Shown in pieces: positions 1-12,291 of a stretch of DNA of 64,000 bases. The position numbers were made by a program, and so were the translations under genes. The DNA is taken from positions 190,774,001-190,838,000 of the forward strand of contig OX597814.1 in NCBI GenBank assembly GCA_951406725.2, written 5' to 3'. The stretch is from Octopus vulgaris (lineage: Eukaryota). Under the pieces are notes generated by a model. It was not told the origin of the DNA. It was given only the letters and a program-made list of their open reading frames with translations, and did not search any database. Within the stretch, counting starts at the first letter, position 1; every line of letters begins with the position of its first letter.

Positions 1-497
1 TTGCCTTTCATCCTATCAAGGTTGATAAATTAAGTACCAGTTACACACTAGGCCAATGCATTCGATTTAATCCCTTTATTTGGCCTCGTTTGTCCCCTCT
101 ATGTTAAGCCCCTTGTGGGCAATAAAGAAATAAGAATTTCTTACTAGCTTTGGCTAAAGAATCACTCGTTCCAAGTGAGATAAAATGTCTACATTTGAAG
201 AATTTTATCTATGTTAGATATTTCCAAAGCAATAAATATTTAACTAAGAACTAGCAAAAATTTGTTTCGGCTACATTTCTTTAGTAATGACAGGCTTAAA
301 AAAACATGCTTTGACATGCTTCACCTTTGCCAATGTTTTATAATCATGTTTATTAACCAGTCTGCTCTAACTACTGTAAAACATAACGAAGGAAAATTAG
401 ATATTTGATACTTTAATGACTTGAAACTGACGCAAGGGGTCATAGACATTATCACCTCATAGCAGTAAAAAGGAGGGAAAACTTTTCATGTTTGCAG

Positions 498-616
498 GTT
501 TAACTCTCACAAATGAAGCAACACAAAACTTACAAGGAAAAAAAAATGTACCAAAATACATAGATTCAAAAGCGAGGGATAAAATCTGGGTACCAACTAT
601 TGTAGCAAGATTGTAA
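498..616 (+). CDS. Candidate stop-containing exon of an unidentified upstream gene (xLTLTNEATQNLQGKKNVPKYIDSKARDKIWVPTIVARL*)
   Basis: Acceptor ttttcatgtttgcag ends at 497; only one frame is open, to TAA 614-616; donor G|GTAAGT at 621/622. No homology recognised. Confidence 0.3.
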
Positions 617-732
617 AAATGGTAAGTATTCTATGTCCTTGAGAAATTTGCTCCACAGTCAGATGGTTTGGGATTCAGTCTCATGGTATCTTGCATGGTA
701 TGTTGAGCAAATATCTTCTACTATTGCCTTGG

Positions 733-1539
733 AAAAACCCAGCATCTACATACTCCCTCCACAACACTAATCTCAAAAAGTCTTCTTGTGAACGTGACCT
801 GGACATTATTGTCGACAGCAATTTGCGTTGGACAAAACACATTGCTAAAATTGCCAAGAAGGCTGAGGGCGTCTTGGTATTACTTACCAAGTCCTTTGTG
901 AGCCGCTCTCCGGCTATCTATCTGAGGCTTTATATAGCTATGGTGTGGCCTCACCTGAAATTTGCATCACCGGTCTGGAACCCCTATCTTGCCCAGGATT
1001 TTAATCTTCTGGAAACCGTTCAGTAACGTGCAACCAAGAGAATACCCTCCATCAGGCATTTGCCATATTCTGAACGCCTTACTTCCCTGGGCATGGATAC
1101 ATTGAAACTCCGACGTCTGGCAGCTGATTTGGTAGACACCCATAAAATTATTAACCATCTTACTAACAACAACTCTGAGCACCTTTTCAAACTCCACCTG
1201 TCTAACACCCGTGGACATGTTTACAAAGTCAGAAAACAGCACAGCTCCCATGACTTTCAGAAACATTTTTTTCACGCTAAGAGTTGCTGAAGCATGGAAC
1301 AAACTGCTGGCATCAGTTGTTAGTTGTCGGAGCACTGCATCCTTCAAACTTCCATGCTTCCTGAGATTCGCCAACACTACACCTGATTTCCTCCCCTCCA
1401 TACACACGTAAGCATTTTATCTGACTCATACACTGTTCACTTCCCAGACATTTGTACATTACTGCATATGCTTTATACGCACTTTTGACAAGTTGTGGTG
1501 CACCTGAGCACTGCATACAATAACTTCATTATTATTATT
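733..1539 (+). mobile_element. CR1-clade LINE 3' fragment (ORF2 C-terminus and 3' UTR), inactivated
   Basis: Translates to ERDLDIIVDSNLRW...PHLKFASPVWNPY...LETVQ*RATKRIP...YSERL...TLKLRRLAADL...TRGHVYK...FFTLRVAEAWNKL, typical of the post-RT region of CR1 ORF2. Internal stop and frameshift; (ATT)n tail. Confidence 0.9.
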
Positions 1540-2040
1540 AAAGTGGATTCAGTAGAGAGAAACTGAAAGCAAGCCAGTGTGTTCACACACATGCACACAT
1601 ACATGAATAACTCTTTCTCTCTTGCTTTATCTCTCATTCTGCTCCTTTCTTTTCCTATTGGAGTAACCAAGTATCACCTCATCTATCTCTATCTTTCTAT
1701 TATGTTTTAACCTCTCATCTGGCACAAAGTCACCTCCTTCAGTTCAGTACCACTTTCTCTCCCAGCTGAGAGCTCTTTGTCTTATAAGTTACTTGCCAAC
1801 CCCACTGGTGCTGGTGCCACATAGAATGCACCCACTACACTCCCAAAAGTGGTTGGCATTAGGAAGGACATCCAGCCATACAAATCATGTCAAAGGAGTC
1901 AATAGAGCCTAGTGCAGCTCTCTAGCTAGCCAGCTCCTGTCAAACCATCCAACCCATGCCAGTATGAAAGATGGACATTAAATGATGATGATGATATATA
2001 TAATAGTATGATATATTTCACTATGCCTAAGCAAAATAAT

Positions 2041-2054
2041 TATATGTGTGTGTG

Positions 2055-2101
<47 letters not shown>

Positions 2102-2243
2102 GTATGTATATATATGTATGTGTATGTATGTATGTATATATATATATATATATTGTGTGTGTATATATATATGTGTGTGTGTGTATATATATATATGTAT
2201 ATATATATGTGTGTGTGTGTGTGTGCGTGTATATATATATATA
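2041..2243. repeat. Compound (TA)n/(TG)n microsatellite
   Basis: Seen directly; source of the YI/CV-rich spurious ORFs. Confidence 0.95.
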
Positions 2244-2357
2244 AATAAATTCAGGGTGAATACTTGGTAAGTATAAGCACCGGTATATGCCTGCTAGTAG
2301 CAGAGGTGAGAGGGTATATGTATCAAATGAAATAAAAAACAGAACACAAAGGATGTC

Positions 2358-2449
2358 GCAGTACATGCGTTTCGAACTTTATAAAACAACTTATTCTTAC
2401 ATCAATGTATAATCGACATAACAGATAGTTTAAAGCCCTCTTCAGCCGC
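2358..2449 (-). ncRNA. Type I hammerhead motif, inverted copy
   Basis: Minus strand reads gcgg-CTGAAGA-gggcttta...taaagttc-GAAA-cgcatg-TA-ctgc. Confidence 0.65.
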
Positions 2450-2703
2450 ATGCAATTGCTACACCAAAGACTTGTATCACATTATGAAAAGTCCGAAAAA
2501 GAACATTTGGTATTATTTATAATGGTAGGTATATTGAGTTTCACTGCGAAAGTATGTTTGTAAATCTTCATAATCAAATAGGTGTACAGCGTATTATTGG
2601 ACTTCGAAAATCCGTCCATATTGTATCATCAGTCAAATAATACCAAATGTTCTTTTTCGGACTTTTCATAATGTGATGTAATTCTTTGGTATAGCAATTG
2701 CAT

Positions 2704-2793
2704 GCGGCTGAAGAGGGCTTTAAACCATCTGTTATGTCGATTATATATTGATGTAAGAATAAATTGTTTTATAAAGCTCGAAACGTGTACCGC
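2704..2793 (+). ncRNA. Type I hammerhead ribozyme motif (minimal helix III)
   Basis: gcgg-CTGAAGA-gggcttta...taaagctc-GAAA-cgtg-TA-ccgc: 4-bp stem I, 8-bp stem II, intact core, GUA cleavage triplet. Confidence 0.75.
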
Positions 2794-2827
2794 GACATCC
2801 TTTGTGTTCTGTTTTTTATTTCATTTG

Positions 2828-2872
<45 letters not shown>

Positions 2873-2947
2873 ATATATACACACATATATACATACACAT
2901 GTATATATGTGTGTGTGTGTGTGTGTATGTATATATATATATATATA

Positions 2948-3167
2948 TACAAGGAGGTACTGAAAAATTCCTGGCTTTAAGGGTACTGCAAAAGGCCTGT
3001 TTGGAGGCACAAACTTCCAAGTTCTCTTTAAAGGCTTAGAAAAACTGGAGGACCACTGCAATAAGTGTGTGAATCTGAGAGGAGAATATGTTGAATAAAA
3101 TCATAATTAACTGATCATTTTGTATTTTCTTTTACCCAAAGCCAGGAACTTTTCACCCCCACTCGTA
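2948..3167 (+). mobile_element. Internally deleted mariner element (MITE)
   Basis: Imperfect TIRs tacaaggaggtactgaaaaattcctggcttt / aaagccaggaacttttcacccccactcgta at TA sites; interior encodes EKLEDHCNKCVNLRGEYVE*, like a mariner transposase C-terminus. Confidence 0.75.
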
Positions 3168-3176
3168 TATGTGTAT

Positions 3177-3252
<76 letters not shown>

Positions 3253-3373
3253 ACCCCACTAGAATGGGAGAAGGCGCTAATGATCTAAGGGATATGATAT
3301 ATATATAAAAAATGTAATATATAAATAAATATCTGTAAATATAAACCATCCAATCTTCTGAGTACCTCATATC

Positions 3374-3420
<47 letters not shown>

Positions 3421-3714
3421 GAGTGTGTAGATAAACGAAAGAAGATCACTTGACACATTTATTGGGAGTTACATGTATGGATCAAAACAGTAACGCTAAT
3501 CTTTGGTCATTAGAGTTCTGAATATGCGCTTGTGTGTGTGTGTGTATGTGTGTAAAGCAAAAGTAATTCTAGTTCTCAGCAAGCTGAAGGCAATGAGATG
3601 TAATGTCGCTGTTCATCAAAAGTGTCTTTATAGACTCCATTAGTTTCTTTTGGCTACTAAGATTTCCTTCAGCCACATATCACCTCCATTGGAAGATAAT
3701 GGTTAAGCACTCCT

Positions 3715-3783
<69 letters not shown>

Positions 3784-5114
3784 CTGTGAGCTGGTAGCTT
3801 GGGTGGTGAGTTGGCAGTTAGGGTGGCAAGCTGGCAGCCTTGTTAGCACCCCGGGTGAAATGCTTACTGGCATTTCGTCTGCCATTATGTTCTAAGGTTG
3901 ACTTTGAATTTCATCTTTTCAAGGTCGATTAAATAAGTACCAGTTATGCACTGGGGTCGATGTAATAAGCTTAATCCCTTAATCTGTCCTTGTTTGTCCC
4001 CTTGTGAGCAATCTGGCAGAAACAGCGCGCCGGGCGAAATGCATAGCCGTATTTCTTCTGTTGTTACGTTCCGAGTTCAAATTCCGCCGAGGTTGACTTT
4101 GCCTTTCATCCTTTTGGGGTCGATAAATTAAGTACCAGTTACGCACTGGGGTCGATGTAATCGACTTAATCCCTTTGTCTGTCCTTGTTTGTCCCTTCTG
4201 TATTTAGCACCTTGTGGGTAGTAAAGAAATATATATATATACAACCTCTAGTTGTTAAAACAAGTATCATAATAATGAGCTCATTCTGTACAGTGGTCGG
4301 GTGCACTACAACTCAGAAAGTAGCAATAAGTCAAGTAAAGAAACACAGCAATAACAGCCAAAAGTACAAGAACAGTACACAGGATAAAAGACAAACAGAA
4401 CAGGAAAGTGAACAGCAAAATAATATCATCTTCATGCAGTATTTTAAATCTGAGTTTTGTCCTCATTGACAGGATTGGCTGGATCTGTGTCAATGCCGTA
4501 GCAACCAAGGTAGACAAGTGCAGCCCACCCCAATTTTTCAGCTGGCTAGTGCCCATTCTCCTTTGCTATCATGAGGTTTTTTGTGGGGAGCTGGATTTTC
4601 TACGGGGAGCATGCCCTTGCTTACCCCCAACCTCAGTTTCTAGACAGGAGTGGCCCCCAAGACCAAGGCTTCTACCACAATTTTTAAGAAATGTGGTGGA
4701 GAACTAGCTCAGGAAGGCAGGGATGCTACTCCCTGAGACCCCTTTTGAACCCCCTCCCCATAACACTCAAATTAAGTAAATCATTATGAACGTAAACCTA
4801 GCTGAACAAATAACCATTACTAAGTCTTGAAGTTCAATACTAATGTTTCTTTTTCACTTTTTTCTTATGATATAATAATAATTGTAATTAAAAACTGTAA
4901 ATAATAAACTTCTCCCCTCCAAAAAGAAAAACAAATAAAAAAGAAAGAGATCTCCATTACCTCTGGCATAAGAGTTAGTGCTTAGATTAAAACTGTTGAA
5001 TTAAGAGTCTTTATATGGTTGATTCCCAGGAACTTTTAAAAGTTTTATGGAATTTATTGGCATTTATTGGCATGTACTTGTTTCAAATTCATACAACAAG
5101 AGTGCAATTTTTAG

Positions 5115-5152
<38 letters not shown>

Positions 5153-6128
5153 ATGTGTGTGTGTATGTGTGTTGCTTATGCGCATGTGTACCATGTGTAT
5201 AATTAAAATACTGGAGATCTTGGAACATGATCCATAGTTGTCGTTGTATGAAATAAGCTTCTGATATTGGAGAGACACAGAAGTCCCTGAAATGCTAGAA
5301 GAACATAAGATACTAAGTACCCCACAAAAACGAATTCCAGTAGTAGCTTTGGAAAATATGAACTGAAGGCAAGGATTATGGCAGCATTCACCAACAATAG
5401 AAAATGTGAAACAGAAAAATATATAAAGGGGAACAACTTTGATGGACTTTGTGTCTATTTTAATAACATATTCTTTGTTTTTTGTATAAATATATTTAAT
5501 TACCGTATTTGATAGCACTTGAGATGCACTTTTCAACAAGGATATGTCTTGAAACACTGGGTCTATACTACATTTTTTAATGCAATAAAAACTTTTTTTC
5601 TTGAATATGTGCTGCTAAAATTGAGATTTGAGTAATATTCCAGGGCAACTTTTCTTACCATAAAAATACGGTAATATAAATAACAAATGCCATTAAAAAT
5701 ATAATTTTAAAAACACGTTTATTTGAATGACATTTTTTTCTGCATACATTATTTCAAATAACCCCGAAATAAAAGAAGGGTGAGTCTTACGTTTTAAACT
5801 TTCTTGTTATTGCTGTAGTAGTCACAGTGTGTGCAACTAAATTAACAGGGTTTTTCTCGCGTAAGAAATAAAATGAGCAGAAAAAAATCTGTAATTGTTA
5901 ATGTGCTTTAAGAGTTGTTTCCCTTGAACAAGTCATTCAAGCAATAGATACTGCAAAATGAAACATAAGAAAGACTAGAGTGGCAAAAATGTTAAAGCGT
6001 AAAAAAATCTTTGTCCGTAATATTTTGTTTAAGCCTCTCTGTGTTCTGAGTTATGCATGAATTTTTAACCCTAGCCTGAAGATTATATTTTCTAAGAAAG
6101 AATTGAGATTGTAATAATACATACATAT

Positions 6129-6495
6129 GCAGGAGTGGCTGTGTGGTAAGTAGCTTGCTTCCCAACCACTGCGTGGCAGTTTGGGCATGTGTCTTCTACT
6201 ATAGCCACGGGCCGACCAAAGCCTTGTCAGTGGATTTGGTAGATGGAAACTGAAAGAAGCCCGTCGTATATATATATATGTGTGTGTGTGTTTGTGTGTC
6301 TGTATTTGTCCCCCCGACATCGCTTGACAACCGATGCTGGTGTGTTTACGTCCCTGTAACTTAACGGTTCGGCAAAAGAGAGCGATAGAATAAGTACTAG
6401 GCTTACAAAGAAAAAGTCCTGGGGTCGATTTGCTCGACTAAAGGCGGTGCTCCAGCATGGCCGCAGTCAAATGACTGAAACAAGTAAAAGAGAGA
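6129..6495 (+). mobile_element. tRNA-headed SINE family A
   Basis: Head gcaggagtggctgtgtggtaag (A-box-like; B box deleted in this copy), internal microsatellite, tail aaatgactgaaacaagtaaaagag. Other copies near 8064, 9619, 22019, 24880(-), 27535(-), 46654, 47582(-), 51698(-), 60149, 62666(-). Confidence 0.85.
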
Positions 6496-6797
6496 ATACA
6501 TACACACACATACATACACACACGTACATACATACATACATACATACACACATACATACATATGTATCCTAGGTATACAACTATATTCATAAGAATGCAT
6601 ACATAAAATAAGACATACAAATCTGCACATATACATACATACAAAAGTACCCTGTTGATGTCGAAATTCCAATGAAGGAGCCTTGGATCTAGCTTAGAAA
6701 CTGGCTCTTTCTCTGGTGGTAAGAAATCTTGCAATTAAACTGAACAATGACTACATACATACATACATACATAAAGTGTAGGTGGAATACAAGTGGG

Positions 6798-7203
6798 TAT
6801 ATATTATTTATAAAAAAGAAGCTTGAAAACATCACTATATAAGATAAATTTTAATTTTCTGTGAGATTTTACACTTTTTGGTTCTTCTTGAAAAAACGAA
6901 CCTTATCAAAAATATATATTTTTAAAAGTTAAGTCTAATAAAAAAGTTCATAATTGTTTCTCACTAGTCTCAACAGAATCCCCATGGTAGTGTTTTGTGT
7001 GTGGGAACATAATGGCTGTCTTGTGTGTTGACTAGAATCGTTGGCTATGAACTTTTTTATTACACTTAACTTTGAAAAATATATATTTTTGATAAGGTTC
7101 GTTTTTGCAAGAAGAACCGAAACATGTAAAATCTCTGAGAAAATTAGAATTTATCTTATATAGTGCCGTTTTCAAACTTCTGTTTTTTTATAAATAATAT
7201 ATA
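6798..7203. repeat. Foldback element with ~155-bp inverted arms and a hammerhead variant
   Basis: tatattatttataaaaaagaag...aaaagttcata is mirrored by tatgaactttt...ttttataaataatata. Confidence 0.85.
7085..7132 (+). ncRNA. Minimal hammerhead motif, U3-A8 core variant
   Basis: attt-TTGATAA-ggttc...gaacc-GAAA-catg-TA-aaat; helix III region ACATGT is self-complementary. Confidence 0.6.
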
Positions 7204-8063
7204 TATATATACACACACATATATACATACGTAAATACATACATATGGTTGTTAAATAATGATTGTGTGTGTGTGTGTGTGTGTGCATGTGTATTACCAT
7301 CATCATCATCATCATTATTTAATTTAATGCCCTTACTCCATGTAGGTTGGACAGTTCAACAGGGGCTGGTGAGCCAGGCTCCAGTGTCTGCTTTGGCATA
7401 GCTTTTATGGACGGATTCCCTTTCTAATGCCAACCATTTTACAAATTGCACTTTTTACATGGCACCTATACTAGAAAGGACACCAAGTAACTTGCACCAA
7501 AAGAACCCTCAAATGAAGAGGTGGCTTTGTGTCAAATGAGGAGAGGCTAAGATAGGATTTTTTAACAGGAAAATTTCCAAGCAAAGCAATACACAATACC
7601 TCCATTATTTTGAAATCTAATACATCTATTATAAAACGTTCTTGTTCTTTATTCTTATAACCAATATAAGTGTACGTCTATAAAGTAATGCTTATTATTA
7701 TTGTTTAATTTCTAAGTATTCTTTATACAGTTAAAAAAACTCTTAACCATTATGTCATAATGTTTCACTTTCTGACAGTTTAAAATGTAGTTGTTTCAAG
7801 TTATCAAAGATGTAAATGTAATCCCAAATACAAACATGTTATTTTAGTTTAATGCTGCTTCAGTTGCATAAACAAGGTTTTGCTCAGCCTGGCAGCTATT
7901 CGCAAAATTAGTGGAAGTGTTTATCAACTGTTTCCTGTATTTTGCCTGGTCTGTATCATACATATATCACTTTCATGTCATGCGATCTGTCCTAATTATC
8001 AACCATTTGGTTTGCAGCAATATTGTGCCATATCATCAATTTAATTGAATATTCTATGACCTA

Positions 8064-8240
8064 GGTGCAGTAGTGGCTGTGAGGTAAGTAGCTTGCTTAC
8101 CAACCATATGGTTCTGGGTTCAGTCCCACTGCGTGGCACCATGGGCAAGTGTCTTCTACAATAGTCCCAGGCCGACCAAAGCCTTGTGAGTGGATTTGGT
8201 AGACAAAAACTGAAAGAAGCCTGTCGTATATATGTATGTG

Positions 8241-8291
<51 letters not shown>

Positions 8292-8499
8292 ATGTTTGTG
8301 TGTCTGTGTTTGTACCCCCAACATCGCTTGACAACAGATGGTGGTGTGTTTACATCCCTGTAACTTAGTGGTTTGGCAAAAGATACTGATAGAATAAGTA
8401 CTAGGCTTCCAATGAATAAGTCCTGGAGTTGATTTGCTCGACTAAAGGTGGTGCTCCAGAACAGCCACAGTCAAATGACTGGAACAAGTAAAGAGAGAG
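8064..8499 (+). mobile_element. SINE family A, full length
   Basis: A box tggctgtgagg, B box ggttcagtccc, CORE-like tgggcaagtgtctt, family tail. Confidence 0.85.
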
Positions 8500-8674
8500 T
8501 ATTCCCAAGCTTTTCTCAGTTTTAAGTTGAAAGCCCACCAAGAACAATTGCAGAGGTTGAGAGAATCACTGGATGACACAAATCCTCACTTCTCACCAAA
8601 AGTAGACCAGTGTGCATTCTATCATAGCAGAATTACCATCAAGTTTTCTGTTGCTGAAATTTAGTCGGGAATGA

Positions 8675-9440
8675 TAAAAATAATGAAATTATTGTGTGTA
8701 GTGCTCAGGCGCACTACAACTCATCAAAAGTGCATGTACAGTACATAGAATTATGTACAGAAGTCAGGAAAGTGAACAGTGTATGAGTCAACTCATCAAA
8801 AGTGCATGTACAGTACATAGAATTATGTACAGAAGTCAGGAAAGTGAACAGTGTATGAGTCATGATATACATGTATAGAGTCGGGGTTATCAGGTATAGT
8901 GTTGGTGAATTTCAGGAAGCATGAAGGTTTTAAAGAATGCAATGTCTCGGCAGCTAATAACTTATTTCTTTATTGCCCACAAACAAGGACAGACAAAGGG
9001 ATTAAGTCGATTACATTGACCCCAGCGTGCAACTGGTACTTAATTTATCGACCCTGAAAGGATGAAAGGTAAAGTCGACCTCAGCGGAATTTGAACTCAG
9101 AACGTAACAGCAGACAAAATACCAATAAGCATTTCGCCCGGCGTGCTAACATTTCTGCCAGCATTCCATGCTCCAGCAACTCTGAGTATGAAAAAAAAAT
9201 GTTTCCGAAAGTCATGGGAGCTGACCTGTTTTCTGATTTTGTAGGCATGCCCATGTGTGTTAGACACATGAAGCTCAAAAATGTGCTCAAGGTGATTGTT
9301 GGTGCGATGGTTAATGATTTTATGGGTGTTTACTAAGTCAGTTGCCAAACGTCAGAGCTTCAATGTGTCTATACCCAGCGAAGCAAGGCATTCAGAGTAT
9401 GGTAGATGCCTGATGGAAGGTATTTGCTTGGTTGCACATC
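8675..9440 (-). mobile_element. CR1 LINE 3' fragment interrupted by a family B SINE (~8962-9161)
   Basis: Minus strand encodes DLVNTHKIINH...SNTHGHAYKIRKQ...FRKHFF; contains a 72-bp tandem duplication at 8717-8860. Confidence 0.85.
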
Positions 9441-10407
9441 AGGACTTCTTGCATAATGATGAACCAACCTTTTTTGGCTTCTTGGTCCTTACCAATCATT
9501 TTTTATGACTATTGTTTACACTAAAGCTCAATTCTAATCTCTTGTGTCACAACCAGTATTCATTAGAAATTTATATAAACATGTTCAATAAATCTTAGAA
9601 TAAAAAAAATACTCTTATAGGTGCAGAAGTGGCTGTGTGGTAAGAAGCTTGCTTCCCAAACCACATGGTTCTGGGTTCAGTCCCACTGCATGGCATCTTG
9701 AGCAAGTGTCTTCTCTGTAGCCTTGGGCCAACAAAAGCCTTGTGAGTGGATTTGGTAGACAGAAACAGAAAGAAGCCCATCATATACATACATACATACA
9801 TATATATATATATATCTTCTTTTTCTTCTTCTTCCCTACCAAGAATTCACAATGACCTCAAATCCACAAGAGTAAACAAGAGAGACAGAAACAGGCAGAA
9901 ACAAAGAAAATTCCACTTGTATTTGAACACTATGCAAATATTCTTTTAAAAAACTTTTCTTTTAATTTTTCCAAAATTTAATTTTCAATACTTACAGTTG
10001 AAAATGTCTCAATGACTGAAACCGGTAATGAAATGTTTTTTACAAAATTATTTTAGCATTTTCTACCTTGACTTTTTTCCCATATGTGTGTGTATGTGTG
10101 TGTGTGTATTTGTGTGTCTGTGTTTGTCACCCCACCATCACTTGACAACCGATGTTGGTGTGTTTACATATATGATGTATAAAAACATGTAGCATACTAA
10201 TAAATATCTGTAAATATAAAACCATCCAGATTTCTGAGTACCTCATTTCTTCTAATATATAATACCTGTACGTCATCTCCAAACTTTCTAATATATATAT
10301 ATATATGAATTTAAAATAATAAGGGTGAAAAATTGAATATTAATTTGATTAAACCAGTGGTCTAGCATATTAAAATCTGAAGATACAGAAAAATTATATT
10401 ACATACA

Positions 10408-10601
10408 TATAAGAGGGATGACCACTACGTGGACAGACATATGCTAGAAGTAGATGTGGTATGGTCTTACCACTAAGAAAGGAATGTTCTCAAGAAAATT
10501 TTAACGTTTGCTGAAATTTTCTTGAGAACATTCCTTTCTTAGTGGCAAGACCATAGCAGATCTACTTCTAGCATATGGATGTCCACGTAGTGGTCATCCT
10601 T

Positions 10602-10607
<6 letters not shown>
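10408..10607. repeat. Near-perfect ~200-bp hairpin next to (TA)n
   Basis: ataagagggatgaccactacgtggaca... mirrors ...tgtccacgtagtggtcatccttcttat with a short loop. Confidence 0.9.
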
Positions 10608-10645
<38 letters not shown>

Positions 10646-10728
10646 GGTCCCGGGTTGATTCGGGGTTAACCACAGTAAGTAAGGTACTCAATACATAGCA
10701 GAGTAAAATTAATTTATTATATAGAAGG

Positions 10729-10779
10729 AGCTTCTACAGGACTAGTACTGTTTCATTCAAGAGAAATCTTCAGGAAGCT
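10729..10779 (-). ncRNA. Type I hammerhead motif, left arm
   Basis: Reverse complement of 13720-13770. Confidence 0.65.
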
Positions 10780-11117
10780 ATTTAACAAGAATTGTATTAG
10801 CATTTATACATTTAGGCAGGTTTAAAGGAGTGGTGGTGGGGGACTTTTTGGGGGTAGGCATAGCGCAAAATATCATACTCGGGGGAGTGGTCAAGGAGTC
10901 AGTGGTAAGTTAGATGAAAGAATAGATAAATAAAATAGATAAATAAAAAAATAAAAAAATAAAAAATAAAAAAAAAAAATAAAAAAAATAAAAAAAATAA
11001 AAAATATAAAAAAATATAAAAAAATATATATATAAAATATATATATATAAAAAAAAATATAAAAATATATATATAAAAAGGGGGGATAGAGTTATAGGTA
11101 AATAAGGAGATTCTCAC

Positions 11118-11177
11118 TTATACCTATACACACATGTATACGTATCTACACACACATACATACATACACATATATAT

Positions 11178-11234
<57 letters not shown>

Positions 11235-11691
11235 CCTACACATACACACATACATACATACAAATATACATATACATATATATATATATATATACAATCC
11301 AATACAGGCCCATTCCCTAATTTTAATTTTATTATCTTCATTTATTACTTTTGTTATCTTTGATCGCTAGGGCTAAGAATCCTGGCAATGGCTGCCTGTC
11401 CATTTGTCTGTCTACTAGAAGGCAAGTACTCATTCCCGCACGCACACTCATTAGCACGTACATTCACCCATTCGTACACTCATACACATACACGTACGCA
11501 CGCGTTATATTCATACATACAAACATCTACATACGTTCACGTATATACACATACGTACTCGTACCTACAGATTCGTGTCTACACTTTAGGAGGCTAGTCT
11601 ATACATATACACCAATAAATATACATATATATATATATACCCGCATATACATACACACACACACATATATACTCCTACATACAGATACATA

Positions 11692-11743
<52 letters not shown>

Positions 11744-11925
11744 CATACACATACACACATACATATACACACACATACATACACATATATATATACATAC
11801 ACAAACATATATACACACATATATATATACATACACACATACACACATACATACGTATACATACATACATACATCCATACATCCATACTTACATGCATTT
11901 ATACGCATACACACACCCATCTATA

Positions 11926-11959
<34 letters not shown>

Positions 11960-12239
11960 CACTCACACATACATATACAAATCTACGCACACACATACAT
12001 ACATACACGTATACGCATACACGCACATACACATATACATGCGTACCCATACACGTGCACACACGCACGCGCATCCATATATATACACACACACACATAT
12101 ATATACACGTGTGCAAACATACATACATACTCATACGCGCACACATACTTACAAATACATATATGCACCCACTTACACACATATATATACATACACATAT
12201 ACATGCATACATACATATATGCATACATACACACACGCA

Positions 12240-12291
<52 letters not shown>

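Larger units (their letters stand above)
2321..2830. repeat. Foldback element with ~200-bp inverted arms, each carrying a hammerhead motif
   Basis: tatcaaatgaaataaaaaacagaacacaaaggatgtcgc at 2321 is the reverse complement of gcgacatcctttgtgttctgttttttatttcatttgata ending at 2830. Confidence 0.9.

Noticed and set aside
5111-5557. Minus-strand 148-aa and 77-aa ORFs
   Set aside because: No recognisable homology or linked exons; the longer one runs into (CA)n.
8520-8664. Open frame FKLKAHQEQLQRLRESLDD... after a possible acceptor
   Set aside because: Short, between repeats, no homology or partner exon.
10372-10400. CTGAAGA...GAAA as a hammerhead (also CTGANGA at ~14237, ~15603, ~45595)
   Set aside because: No credible stems I/II, or no GAAA...UH partner.
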